Shown piece by piece: positions 45,239 through 54,391 of a stretch of DNA of 60,138 nt. The notes under the pieces were generated by a model. That model ran no database searches and was not told the DNA's origin. It worked only from the letters and a program-made list of their open reading frames with translations. Source of the stretch: Patescibacteria group bacterium (GTDB lineage Bacteria; Patescibacteriota; Minisyncoccia; Moranbacterales; UBA2206); contig JAUPKF010000005.1 of assembly GCA_030837625.1 (NCBI GenBank), positions 1 to 60,138 of the forward strand, written 5' to 3'. Both the position numbers and the translations under genes were made by a program. The stretch's first letter is position 1. Each line of letters opens with the position of its first letter.

Positions 45239-46759
45239 ATGTCAAGTACTCTCGCCAAATCAGCCATACTAGTAACAATTTCCGAAATTGTTTTTAATGT
45301 TACCAGTTTTTTGGTCCACGTGGTCGTGGGGCGGATTTTGGGTCCGGCGGATTACGGCCGTTTTGGATTGGTAGTGACGCTGACCACGATGGTCATTATC
45401 CTTATCGGAAACGGCATTCCGACGGCGATGAGTAAATATCTCAGCGAGATTTTTGAAACCCAGCCGGCGCTGATAAAGGTAATCAAACGCCAGGCTATTA
45501 TTTTGCAAAGCATTCTTATTGGTGCCATAACTCTAATATTTTTCTTTTCCGCGCCGCTTATCGCCAAGATTTTGGGCGATCCGACGCTCACTCCCCTTTT
45601 CCGGCTGTCTACGCTTATCATCCCCGCTTTCGCCGCCGCTTCTTTCTATTTTTCCTACTACACCGGGCTGCACAAATTCGGCGTCCAATCTTTCCTGAAA
45701 ATTTCCCGCTCCCTTTTTCGGGTGATTTTCATAATTTCCTTGGCTTTCTTTTTTCGATTGGAAGGCTCGGTTATGGGCTACATCGCCGCGCCGCTGGCTG
45801 TGTTCTTGCTGGCGGCGGGAATTGATAGGTTTAAAATATCAAAAGAATTACAACCCGCCCCTGTAGGGGCGATTCATGAATCGCCCCTACAGGATGTCGC
45901 GCAATCCTCTTTCGATTGGAAAAAACTAATCTCCTACGCCTGGCAGATAATTGTTTTCTTTTTGGCGTACGAACTTTTGATCAGTATTGATCTATATCTG
46001 GTCAAGGGCATAATTCAAAATGATTATTTGACCGGGGTATATAACGCTTCTTTGACGCTGGGACGCTTTCCCTACTATCTCTTTTACGCCTTAACGGTTA
46101 TTCTTTTGCCGGTCGTTTCCAAAACTACTTCGGAGAATAATCACAAAGATACTCATAAAGTCATTTCCCAGTCGCTCCGCCTGATGCTGGTTTTGCTTTC
46201 CCCCATCGTTGTTTTGATGTCGGTTTATAGCTTGCCGCTTATAAAATTATTTTACGGCCAAAACTTCCTGGAAGCGGCTGTCCCGATGTCAATTTTGGTT
46301 TTCGGTGTCGGATTCCTCACAATTTTCTACGTGATGAGCTTTGTGATGAATGGTGCGGGACACACCAAGATTCCGATGTGGATAGCCACGTTCGGCCTCG
46401 TCGCTAATACTGTTTTGAATTACATTCTTATAAAGCAATACGGCATTGTCGGTTCGGCCATTGCCACCACCGCCGTTTCGTTTCTCATAATGCTCGTTAT
46501 GCTTTATTACATCGGCAAATATTTTGGCGTGTTGGTGGGTTTCAAAAGCCTTACTAAGATCATCTTCGCTTCCGGCGCGATATACGCCGCGTCTCTTTTT
46601 TCCCCGGCTGACAATTACATTTTTATTCTTTGGTCGCTTATCTTTACTCTCGCCTATTTTTCCATCCTCTTTGCTGCGGGAGAAATAAAAAAAGAGGATC
46701 TGATGTTCCTCAAAAAATCCATCTTATCTAAAAGTAAATCAAAGAAGAAAAACCCATAG
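45239..46759 (+). CDS. Wzx-like polysaccharide flippase (MOP superfamily)
   Basis: about 14 TM; RILGPADYG.F, G.YNA...L, N..LI..YGIVGSAIAT. Confidence 0.9.
   Translation: MSSTLAKSAILVTISEIVFNVTSFLVHVVVGRILGPADYGRFGLVVTLTTMVIILIGNGIPTAMSKYLSEIFETQPALIKVIKRQAIILQSILIGAITLIFFFSAPLIAKILGDPTLTPLFRLSTLIIPAFAAASFYFSYYTGLHKFGVQSFLKISRSLFRVIFIISLAFFFRLEGSVMGYIAAPLAVFLLAAGIDRFKISKELQPAPVGAIHESPLQDVAQSSFDWKKLISYAWQIIVFFLAYELLISIDLYLVKGIIQNDYLTGVYNASLTLGRFPYYLFYALTVILLPVVSKTTSENNHKDTHKVISQSLRLMLVLLSPIVVLMSVYSLPLIKLFYGQNFLEAAVPMSILVFGVGFLTIFYVMSFVMNGAGHTKIPMWIATFGLVANTVLNYILIKQYGIVGSAIATTAVSFLIMLVMLYYIGKYFGVLVGFKSLTKIIFASGAIYAASLFSPADNYIFILWSLIFTLAYFSILFAAGEIKKEDLMFLKKSILSKSKSKKKNP
45860..45893. repeat. 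34-bp perfect palindrome, GTAG-type REP, in frame
   Basis: CCTGTAGGGGCGATTCATGAATCGCCCCTACAGG. Confidence 0.85.
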
Positions 46760-48139
46760 AAAAGCCAGCTTTCTTACCAGGGCGGTTCTGGATATTTCCT
46801 TGCCCAAAATATTTTCATAATACTTGATTTTATTCTCTATCTCCTGAGAAAGCGCCGTGAGTGATTGTCTTTGTTCCTCCAATTCCGATTGCGATAAAAG
46901 ATCTTTTACTTCTTTCAACCAGACGCTGTCTTTCTCAATTTCCTTTTTCATAATGCCAGTCGGATACTCCCCGACTCCAAACAAGAACAGTGCTAGCTTG
47001 TTTCTCTTTGTCAAATTTTCCAAATCTGCCGTTGCTCTCCGAGAAGACTCTTTAAATAAAAATTCTATCTCGTCGGCTCTTTCCGCCAAAGCTTTCTCTT
47101 TATCGGCTTTTTCTTGGGTAATATCAACTTCAATCGGTCTGTTTTCTTCTCCCAGCATCAGGAGGTGCGCGTCTTCTTGCCGGTTTTCAACCGGCTGGTC
47201 GGTTATCGCGTTGTCGGTATTCTCGTTATCATCCACTGCCTCGGCAATATGGCAAAACGCGTTTATCGGATCCGTGCCGTTTGCTTCGATGGTATTGTTT
47301 TCCAAATTTATAGAGTCTTTCCAATACCAAAAAGTTGGCTCTCCTCCGCTGGGTAAAGCGCAGGTAAATCCATAATTATTGTTTCCGCTAATCTGGTTTT
47401 CCGCTATTCTTATTTTTCCGGCGCGATTAGACTCCTGATAAAACTGGGCGGCAATTCCGCTAGCGCGGTTGTTTCTTATCGTGTTGCCTGATATTTCCAA
47501 TTCCGAGCTACCGACGATGAATTCAATCCCACTCTCTTTGTTGCCGTAAATCTTATTTCCCCTGACGCTGCCGATGACTCCCGCCCGAATATCAATTCCC
47601 TCTTCTCCGTTGTCAAATATGTTGCTGTCCTCTATCTCCACTTCATTGCCCGCCTGGATATACATAGCCTTGCGTTCATTATCATACAAGTCAGTTTTTT
47701 TAACAGTAATTTTTCCCTTGCCGGCAGCCACATTTATTCCAATACTTCTTGATTTTTTAACAATGCAGTTTTCCACCGCCGCTTTGGCGCCTTTGGCCAC
47801 GTCAATGGCGATATTGCCTCCTTCCACGGTAATGTCTTTGACTAAATTCTTTCCCTCCATCGTCAAGGCGCCGTTTAGGGCAACTTCCTTGCGGCTTTCT
47901 CCAAATAGTTCCGCTGAATCCTTAAGAATAACGCTTTCTTCATAAAGCCCGGCGTAAATAAATATTTTTCCGGAAGGCGAAAATTCCAAAGCTTTGGCAA
48001 TGCTTCGGAAAGGACGCTCGCGGCTCCCATCCTCTTCTCCTATATAATTTTTATTTACATAAACATCATAAGACTCTCCGCGAATTTTGAAGGGAAGCAA
48101 TAAAAAAACCCCTATAATGACCAAGCAATATGTTTTCAT
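46739..48139 (-). CDS. secreted right-handed parallel beta-helix protein with a helical C-terminus
   Basis: signal peptide, YV...DGS...PF.SI..AL, repeated I..N.I..N...GI units. Confidence 0.8.
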   Translation of the reverse strand: MKTYCLVIIGVFLLLPFKIRGESYDVYVNKNYIGEEDGSRERPFRSIAKALEFSPSGKIFIYAGLYEESVILKDSAELFGESRKEVALNGALTMEGKNLVKDITVEGGNIAIDVAKGAKAAVENCIVKKSRSIGINVAAGKGKITVKKTDLYDNERKAMYIQAGNEVEIEDSNIFDNGEEGIDIRAGVIGSVRGNKIYGNKESGIEFIVGSSELEISGNTIRNNRASGIAAQFYQESNRAGKIRIAENQISGNNNYGFTCALPSGGEPTFWYWKDSINLENNTIEANGTDPINAFCHIAEAVDDNENTDNAITDQPVENRQEDAHLLMLGEENRPIEVDITQEKADKEKALAERADEIEFLFKESSRRATADLENLTKRNKLALFLFGVGEYPTGIMKKEIEKDSVWLKEVKDLLSQSELEEQRQSLTALSQEIENKIKYYENILGKEISRTALVRKLAFLWVFLL

Positions 48140-49899
48140 TATTCGGCCGCGTCAATCTCAATGGCGCCGGAATCATTTTTTGTGTTGAAGACGTCCTTCC
48201 AAAAAACCCTGTCAGTCGCGCCCTTATCTTCATTGAAGCGAAAATCTTCTTTTTTGGAACTTTCCAAAAATTCTACTTCCTGTACTTTTATCTGCCCAAG
48301 CTCTTTCGAATCGATTACTTTCAATTTTCCCTTGAATTTATCTTCCAAAAATTTGAGGTTTTTTTCCGCGGGGAAAACAGCGAAATATTGTCCGTTCGGA
48401 TCGTTTTGGTCTTTCAATGGGAAATATTTCAAATCCGGATCGTTTTTTTGAAAAAGCAGGTATCTTATCGGCTGGACATGCTCCGGTTTGACGTAGAAAT
48501 GAATGTTTGCCCCGGTTATTTTCTTTTCATAAATAAAATCCGCCGCCTTTTCCAGTTGCCCGAGCGTTACGCCGTCCTGGTTTTTCAAAATTAACGTTCG
48601 GTCAATGGAAATGTTTTTGTTTTGCGAATCGGCCTGCTCCTTAAACCAGGCGGCCGTTCCTTTGATATTCAAACCGATAATGGCCGCCGTAATGATCAAC
48701 GCCGCGTATTTTCCTTTGGAAGAAAATTTTTCGTCTAGAAACTGGAATACCAGTCCTAAAAATATGAAAGGAATCGGAAAGACGGAAATAAAAAAGCGTG
48801 GTCGCAATGAAGAATAAAGCGGAATCGCCAGCAGAAAAAAAATCCCGAACCAAGCCGCTAAAAGCCGCAAGAAATCCTTTCTGGCGCCGTCTTTTTCATT
48901 TTTCAACTGTCTGGCGGTTAACAGCAAGCCGGAAAGCATTATCAGCGCGGTGAGCAGGCCGAATTCGGCATTATCCTTTGTTTTCCCCTTATAGCACTCA
49001 GCGGTAGTGATCAGGCAATAATGCTTAATTTGCTTATCAAAAGACCGGGAAATTTTCGTGGACAGGGATTTTTTATTGGGTTTGGTTGAAAAAGCTTGAA
49101 TAAAATTTTTCGTATTTTCCCCTTTTCGCATCACGTCGCTAATAATAACCGGTGAATAAATCAAAAGGAAAACAGCCAGAAAAGCGCCGGAAAGCCAAAG
49201 CGTTTTTTTAAAAGAGAATGTTTCCATTGCCCGCCTTATCCCTTTTGGATGCCAAAGCTGAAAATGTGTAAACAAAACCAGCCCGGAAATAATCAAGAGA
49301 CAAAAAAGCCCCAAAAAGTGCAGTTGGCTGCCAATAGCCGTCCCCAGCGCCCAAACAACCGCCCAAGCAGCCTGTTGCTTGAAACTATCAGCTTTTAACA
49401 TTTTCAAAAGTCCGTAGAAGCTTAGCAGCGTAAAAAATAGCAAAGAATTGGGATTCCAAGCAAAACGAGAATATTGAATAACCAGGAAGGAAAAGGCGTA
49501 CATCGATGTTACCAAAAAAGAGTTTCTTTTTTCAAAATACAGCCGCAAAAATAGATAGAGCAGCGGTATGGTCAGGATTGAAAAAAACAAGTCCGGATAA
49601 GCGAAAACTTCCGGTTCGGTTGAATTGAAAATTGCCCCGGCGGCGTATTGGAAATAGTAAAAAATCGGGCCCAGGCGCAAAAATCCGGCGGAAACATCCG
49701 TGGCTCCGGCTCGCGGCCCCAAAAGCGGCAAATGTTCCGGCCCGTTCTTAACGGCGTTTCCTACCATAAAAGTATCGCGCGCCTGGTCCATCTTGAAATA
49801 CAGCCAATCGTTATGTTGATATGTCCTGACCCAAATCGCCGCAATCATCAAAACCGAAAAAGAAACCGCCAAAAGTTTGTTGTTTTTGAGATAGTTCAT
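48139..49899 (-). CDS. GT-C (ArnT/PMT-like) glycosyltransferase
   Basis: DQARD, LLGPRAG, LGP.FYY, SRFAWNPN, SQLHF. Confidence 0.8.
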   Translation of the reverse strand: MNYLKNNKLLAVSFSVLMIAAIWVRTYQHNDWLYFKMDQARDTFMVGNAVKNGPEHLPLLGPRAGATDVSAGFLRLGPIFYYFQYAAGAIFNSTEPEVFAYPDLFFSILTIPLLYLFLRLYFEKRNSFLVTSMYAFSFLVIQYSRFAWNPNSLLFFTLLSFYGLLKMLKADSFKQQAAWAVVWALGTAIGSQLHFLGLFCLLIISGLVLFTHFQLWHPKGIRRAMETFSFKKTLWLSGAFLAVFLLIYSPVIISDVMRKGENTKNFIQAFSTKPNKKSLSTKISRSFDKQIKHYCLITTAECYKGKTKDNAEFGLLTALIMLSGLLLTARQLKNEKDGARKDFLRLLAAWFGIFFLLAIPLYSSLRPRFFISVFPIPFIFLGLVFQFLDEKFSSKGKYAALIITAAIIGLNIKGTAAWFKEQADSQNKNISIDRTLILKNQDGVTLGQLEKAADFIYEKKITGANIHFYVKPEHVQPIRYLLFQKNDPDLKYFPLKDQNDPNGQYFAVFPAEKNLKFLEDKFKGKLKVIDSKELGQIKVQEVEFLESSKKEDFRFNEDKGATDRVFWKDVFNTKNDSGAIEIDAAE

Positions 49900-49931
49900 A
49901 GTTTATATAATACCTAAAAAAATAAATTTTA

Positions 49932-51656
49932 TCAATCAAAAATTTCTTCCCATAGATATCTTTTTGGCGCGCCGCTGCGGTGTTTCTTCGGGGGCTGTTC
50001 CAGATTTGGCGTTTCATCGGTTATTTCACCTTCTTTCGGAAGCAATGTTAAGACGGAAAGCGTTCCAAAATTTTTGACGCCGGCTATATCATAGAGCGGC
50101 GTTTCTTTTTTCCCCAAAGAATATGATCCATCACTGCGCGTAAAATCCACCCAAAAATAATTGGCCTGCCGGTAGATATGGTCGCGCGGAATCTTATCGT
50201 CAAAAACCGCTTCGTCTTCTTTCAGCAGAAACTCCAGCGCCGGCACGTAACGCGCGTCTCCCGAAAAGAAAATCGCCTGACCGTTTTCTGTTTGCGATTG
50301 GAGCATATATTTTTCGATCATTTTTTCCTGCCGGTACGTTACCCGCGTTTTTTCCTTAAGCAGCAGATCTAAATCGGTTTCCAAGTTTATTTTATGTGCC
50401 ATCGCCAATTCGCCAAAGCGTTTTTTGACTTCCAAGCCGTTGGAAACCGCCAAAATAAAAACAACGGCCGATATCACCCAAATCGGTTTCATTTTTCGGG
50501 GAATTGTTTCAAGAATCAATCCCAAAAACACAAACGGCAAAAAAGCCGATATAAGAAAATAGCGCGGAGAAAGCTCCATCGCTAGCGGGATAAAAAGCAA
50601 GAAAATGGCAGAAAACCAAAGCCCGTTAAGAAGCAAGAAATCTTTTCGGCGCGGATCGGTTTCTTTTTTGAAATTCAAAACCAAAATCAAAAAACCAAAA
50701 AACACAAAAGCCGCGCTAAAAAATCCCAAATAATAATCCTGGGGGCAATTCTCGCCGCAGTCGCGATATCGGGCAGCCAGTCCGTTAAGGTTCAATCCCA
50801 AGAGACTATTGCCGTCCCGCCCCGAAAGAATCAAAAAATATCCGGCGGAGTGTTCTTTTATGTTAAAAAATATTTTATTCACAAGACTTACGGAACTATC
50901 CTCCGATTTTCCGCTGATGGTTTTTAGAAATTCTTCGGTATTATCTCCGCCGGTTTGATATTCATTCAGGAAAACCGGAATATAAAAGAGCAACGCTATC
51001 GAAATTGCCAACATCCAAAATTTAAGGCTGATTTTTGGACGCTTGAAAATAAAAAATATCAAAAAAACAAGAGGCAGGGCGATGAACGCCAAAAAATGCA
51101 ACTGGGTGGAAATGGAAAGCGACGTCAGAGCCGCCGCCAGCCAAATTCCCCGCCGGGATTCTTTTTCGTCCACCGCTCGCAATGTGGAATACAGAGCCAA
51201 GGGAACAAAAAATACCAAAGGATTAGGATTCCAGGCAAAGCGGGAATACATAATGAGAAAAATGGAAAAGTTCGAAATGGCGAAAAGCGCCAAGGAGATT
51301 TTTTTGTCGAAATACCGGCGGAAAAAAAGATACATAAGCGGAAGGGAAAAAATTGCCAAAAGCAAAACCCCGACCGCCATTCCGGGCGGAGTGTTGCCGA
51401 AAATTTTGGCGCTGGCGTATTCCAAATAGTAGTAAGCCGGGCCGAGCCGGAGGAAAGTTCCGCGGGCGCGCGGACCGAGAAGCGGCAATTCGGAAATACT
51501 CCCCTCCGCCGCTGAAAAAACCACATCAGCGTCTCGCGCCTGGTCAAGCTCGAAATGAAGCCAGTCGGAAAAATTGTAAGTTCTCAAGAAACATCCTAAG
51601 GCTAATATGCCTAAAAATGCCGCTAGAAAAGCTTTTTTTTGAAAAATAAAACGCAT
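49932..51656 (-). CDS. GT-C (ArnT/PMT-like) glycosyltransferase
   Basis: DQARD, LLGPRARG, LGPAYYY, SRFAWNPN; start at 51656 (TAATG coupling). Confidence 0.8.
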   Translation of the reverse strand: MRFIFQKKAFLAAFLGILALGCFLRTYNFSDWLHFELDQARDADVVFSAAEGSISELPLLGPRARGTFLRLGPAYYYLEYASAKIFGNTPPGMAVGVLLLAIFSLPLMYLFFRRYFDKKISLALFAISNFSIFLIMYSRFAWNPNPLVFFVPLALYSTLRAVDEKESRRGIWLAAALTSLSISTQLHFLAFIALPLVFLIFFIFKRPKISLKFWMLAISIALLFYIPVFLNEYQTGGDNTEEFLKTISGKSEDSSVSLVNKIFFNIKEHSAGYFLILSGRDGNSLLGLNLNGLAARYRDCGENCPQDYYLGFFSAAFVFFGFLILVLNFKKETDPRRKDFLLLNGLWFSAIFLLFIPLAMELSPRYFLISAFLPFVFLGLILETIPRKMKPIWVISAVVFILAVSNGLEVKKRFGELAMAHKINLETDLDLLLKEKTRVTYRQEKMIEKYMLQSQTENGQAIFFSGDARYVPALEFLLKEDEAVFDDKIPRDHIYRQANYFWVDFTRSDGSYSLGKKETPLYDIAGVKNFGTLSVLTLLPKEGEITDETPNLEQPPKKHRSGAPKRYLWEEIFD

Positions 51657-53293
51657 TATTTCGTTCTTAAAGCGAATATGGAAAATTGGCGGTAGACGTC
51701 GCAATTATCAATAGTATATTTTTCCAGAAATTTATCCGAAATTTCACAGCCGCGGTCGGCGCTCTTTATGTAGAGCACTTGCGTGCCGGGCTCCAATCGC
51801 GTTTCTTTTTCCAGGGAGATTATTTCCAAGCCGGATCCTCGCGCCAAAAATCGCAACGGACGAAAAAATTTGAAAAGATAGCCAGCTTGGGCATCTGCGT
51901 AAACGGAGTTACTCTCAAAGTTTTCTCGCGTAAAATTTACGATATACTTTCCTTCTCCCAAAGTCAGATAGTCAAAGTCCCCGTTAATTTCACTTCCGCC
52001 TCGAGCCATATTTCTGTAAGTATGGCCTACTTTTTGCAGATTGAAAAGCGAAATCGCGGCGACAATAACCGCCGTGATTAAAAAACCTTTTTTGAATTTT
52101 CCTGAAAAAAATTCCAGCCAAAATCCCAAAAGCAGAAATGGCAGAAAAGACAACGGCAAGAAGAATCGAATAGAAAGTTCTGTCGCCCAAGCGAGATAAA
52201 ACAAAAAAGACAACGCGGCGTAACCGGACAAAACCGCCAAGAATATTTTTTTTCGCTCTTCTTTTTCTTTTTTGAAGTTTTTTGCCAGCAAATAATATCC
52301 GCCCAAAGAAAACATTGCGGCGACGGCGGCAAAAATAATAAAAAACGCTTTTTGCGGCAAGGGCATTTTCTTGCCGTCCAGTTTTTGCGCGGTTTTCAAA
52401 TCGGATTTGTAATCGCATTCGTCTTCGTTTCCCAAGGAAGTCAAAATATGGGCGTTGGATTTGATATGGCAGGAAAAATTTAGCGCCAAATTTCTTGAAA
52501 AATTCGCGTTCCTTTCGTTTTTGTTCGTGGCGCCCCGAAGCAACTGGCTCGTGTTGGCTCCGCCGGTTTTAATTTCGCTGATAATTTGCGGGGTGTTGAC
52601 GAACAACGCCGCAAGTACAAGAATGGCGGCGGAAACAAAAGTTGTTTTTTTGTTTTTAATAAAATAAATCAGGGCAAAGACAGCGAAAACTGGCATTATT
52701 ATCAAAAGCGAGGTGTGCAACTGGACGCTTATCCCCAGCGCCGCGCCCGCCAAAGCCGCCCAGATGTATTTTCCTTTTCCAATAGCGAAAGCCGATCTGT
52801 AAATCGAATAGATAAAAAGCATCACAAAAAAAGGCGTGGAGTTGGGGTTCCAGGCGAAACGGGAAAACTTGACGGCAAAATACGAAATAGCGTAAAGCCA
52901 CGTTAGGGACAACGCGATCGGCGTTTGAAAATAAGCTTTAGCCAGAAAATAAAATAAGATCATCGCCAGCATGGAGAAAAGCAAGTCCGGATAAGCCAAT
53001 TTTTCCGGCTCGGCGCCGAAAATTTTAGCCGAAGCGTATTGAAAATAATAGAAAGCCGGCCCCAGCCTGAATTCCGTTCCCCCAGCTTTCGGTCCGAATG
53101 CGGGAAGTTCATTTTTATCGCTCAAGTCTTTTATAAAAATGGCATCGCGCGACTGGTCCATGTTAAACCGCAACCAATCGGAAAAATGATACGAGCGCAA
53201 AAAAGCGCCGATGAAGATTATAAAAAACAAAAAAAACATAGCTGATTTACGGCTACCTCTTATTTTTGCAAATAAGCTTCTGACAAAAGCCAT
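51656..53293 (-). CDS. GT-C (ArnT/PMT-like) glycosyltransferase
   Basis: DQSRD, FGPKAGG, LGPAFYY, SRFAWNPN, VQLH. Confidence 0.8.
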   Translation of the reverse strand: MAFVRSLFAKIRGSRKSAMFFLFFIIFIGAFLRSYHFSDWLRFNMDQSRDAIFIKDLSDKNELPAFGPKAGGTEFRLGPAFYYFQYASAKIFGAEPEKLAYPDLLFSMLAMILFYFLAKAYFQTPIALSLTWLYAISYFAVKFSRFAWNPNSTPFFVMLFIYSIYRSAFAIGKGKYIWAALAGAALGISVQLHTSLLIIMPVFAVFALIYFIKNKKTTFVSAAILVLAALFVNTPQIISEIKTGGANTSQLLRGATNKNERNANFSRNLALNFSCHIKSNAHILTSLGNEDECDYKSDLKTAQKLDGKKMPLPQKAFFIIFAAVAAMFSLGGYYLLAKNFKKEKEERKKIFLAVLSGYAALSFLFYLAWATELSIRFFLPLSFLPFLLLGFWLEFFSGKFKKGFLITAVIVAAISLFNLQKVGHTYRNMARGGSEINGDFDYLTLGEGKYIVNFTRENFESNSVYADAQAGYLFKFFRPLRFLARGSGLEIISLEKETRLEPGTQVLYIKSADRGCEISDKFLEKYTIDNCDVYRQFSIFALRTK

Positions 53294-53327
53294 GTTTGAT
53301 TTTTTAAATTTTTTTATGGCGCGAAAG

Positions 53328-54212
53328 CTATTCGTTTCCTATTCTATATTCCACGGAAAAATCGGCTAAATTGATTATGGCATAAGTGCCTTTGCGCGTT
53401 TTTTGGGTCAACGGATATAAGCTTTTGTATCTGATCCCGTTATATTCGCGCTCCCAATAAGCATGGTCGTGGCCGGAAATAACCAGCTTCACTTTCCCGC
53501 TTTCCCTGATAATTTTTTCAAACTCCGCGTATCTGGGCAAGAATTGCCCGCCAACGTCCTCTGCGGTGAATACGGGAATATGCATGGCAACTATTACTTT
53601 CTTATCAGTTTTCAGGGTTTCTTTCAGCCACTCCAGCTGCGCCTGATTTATGAACCCCTGGTATTCATCATAATTCGCGTATTCGCTTTCCCAATAGTTT
53701 TCCATTTTTTCGCTTTCAAAAGTATCATCCAATACAATTATTCTCACATCGCCCAGATCGTAATAATAGTAATATTGCGTAAGGCCGAGCGCTGCCGATG
53801 TTTGCGGTCCGTCATGGTTCCCTTTGACAATTATCATATTTATGCCCATCGCTTTAGTCAGTTCGATAACTTTCCCCGCTATCTTTTGGTCGCTGCGGTT
53901 AGTGGTGTCGCCGGTGTTTATGACCGTGTTAATTTCTTCATTTTTCATTTCGGAAAAAACTTTTTCCAAGTATTTCTTGTATTCCTTAGGAAACGAAGGG
54001 AAACCCCTGTCTTTGTCAGGTTTTTCTTTGCCGGCATGAACATCGGATATCCAGCCTATTTTTACATCTTTCTTAACTTCTTCTTTTTGGGTTGTTTCCG
54101 TTTTTCGTCCGTCGGCAGTTTTGAATTTATAAACCAAAAAGACCGAGCCTGCCAACAGACAAGCTCCTGAAATAAAAGCGGTGAATATGAGAATCTTTCT
54201 ACGCGCCCGCAC
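53328..54212 (-). CDS. membrane-anchored calcineurin-like metallophosphoesterase
   Basis: SDVH, GD, GNHD, MH, GHDH; N-terminal TM. Confidence 0.88.
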   Translation of the reverse strand: MRARRKILIFTAFISGACLLAGSVFLVYKFKTADGRKTETTQKEEVKKDVKIGWISDVHAGKEKPDKDRGFPSFPKEYKKYLEKVFSEMKNEEINTVINTGDTTNRSDQKIAGKVIELTKAMGINMIIVKGNHDGPQTSAALGLTQYYYYYDLGDVRIIVLDDTFESEKMENYWESEYANYDEYQGFINQAQLEWLKETLKTDKKVIVAMHIPVFTAEDVGGQFLPRYAEFEKIIRESGKVKLVISGHDHAYWEREYNGIRYKSLYPLTQKTRKGTYAIINLADFSVEYRIGNE

Positions 54213-54391
54213 CTTGATTTAAAAACGCTTAACAATTATAATTTTATTATAACACCAATCGGTTTAGAAATTCAATTCTCTAGAGACTTACGCGTTTTGC
54301 CCGGCAGCCTGATTTTTGAAAAAATCGCTGTTTAAGAACGACGCTTTTTCTCCAAAATTTTCCATTGGTAGCCGTCGATTGAGGGGAAATT

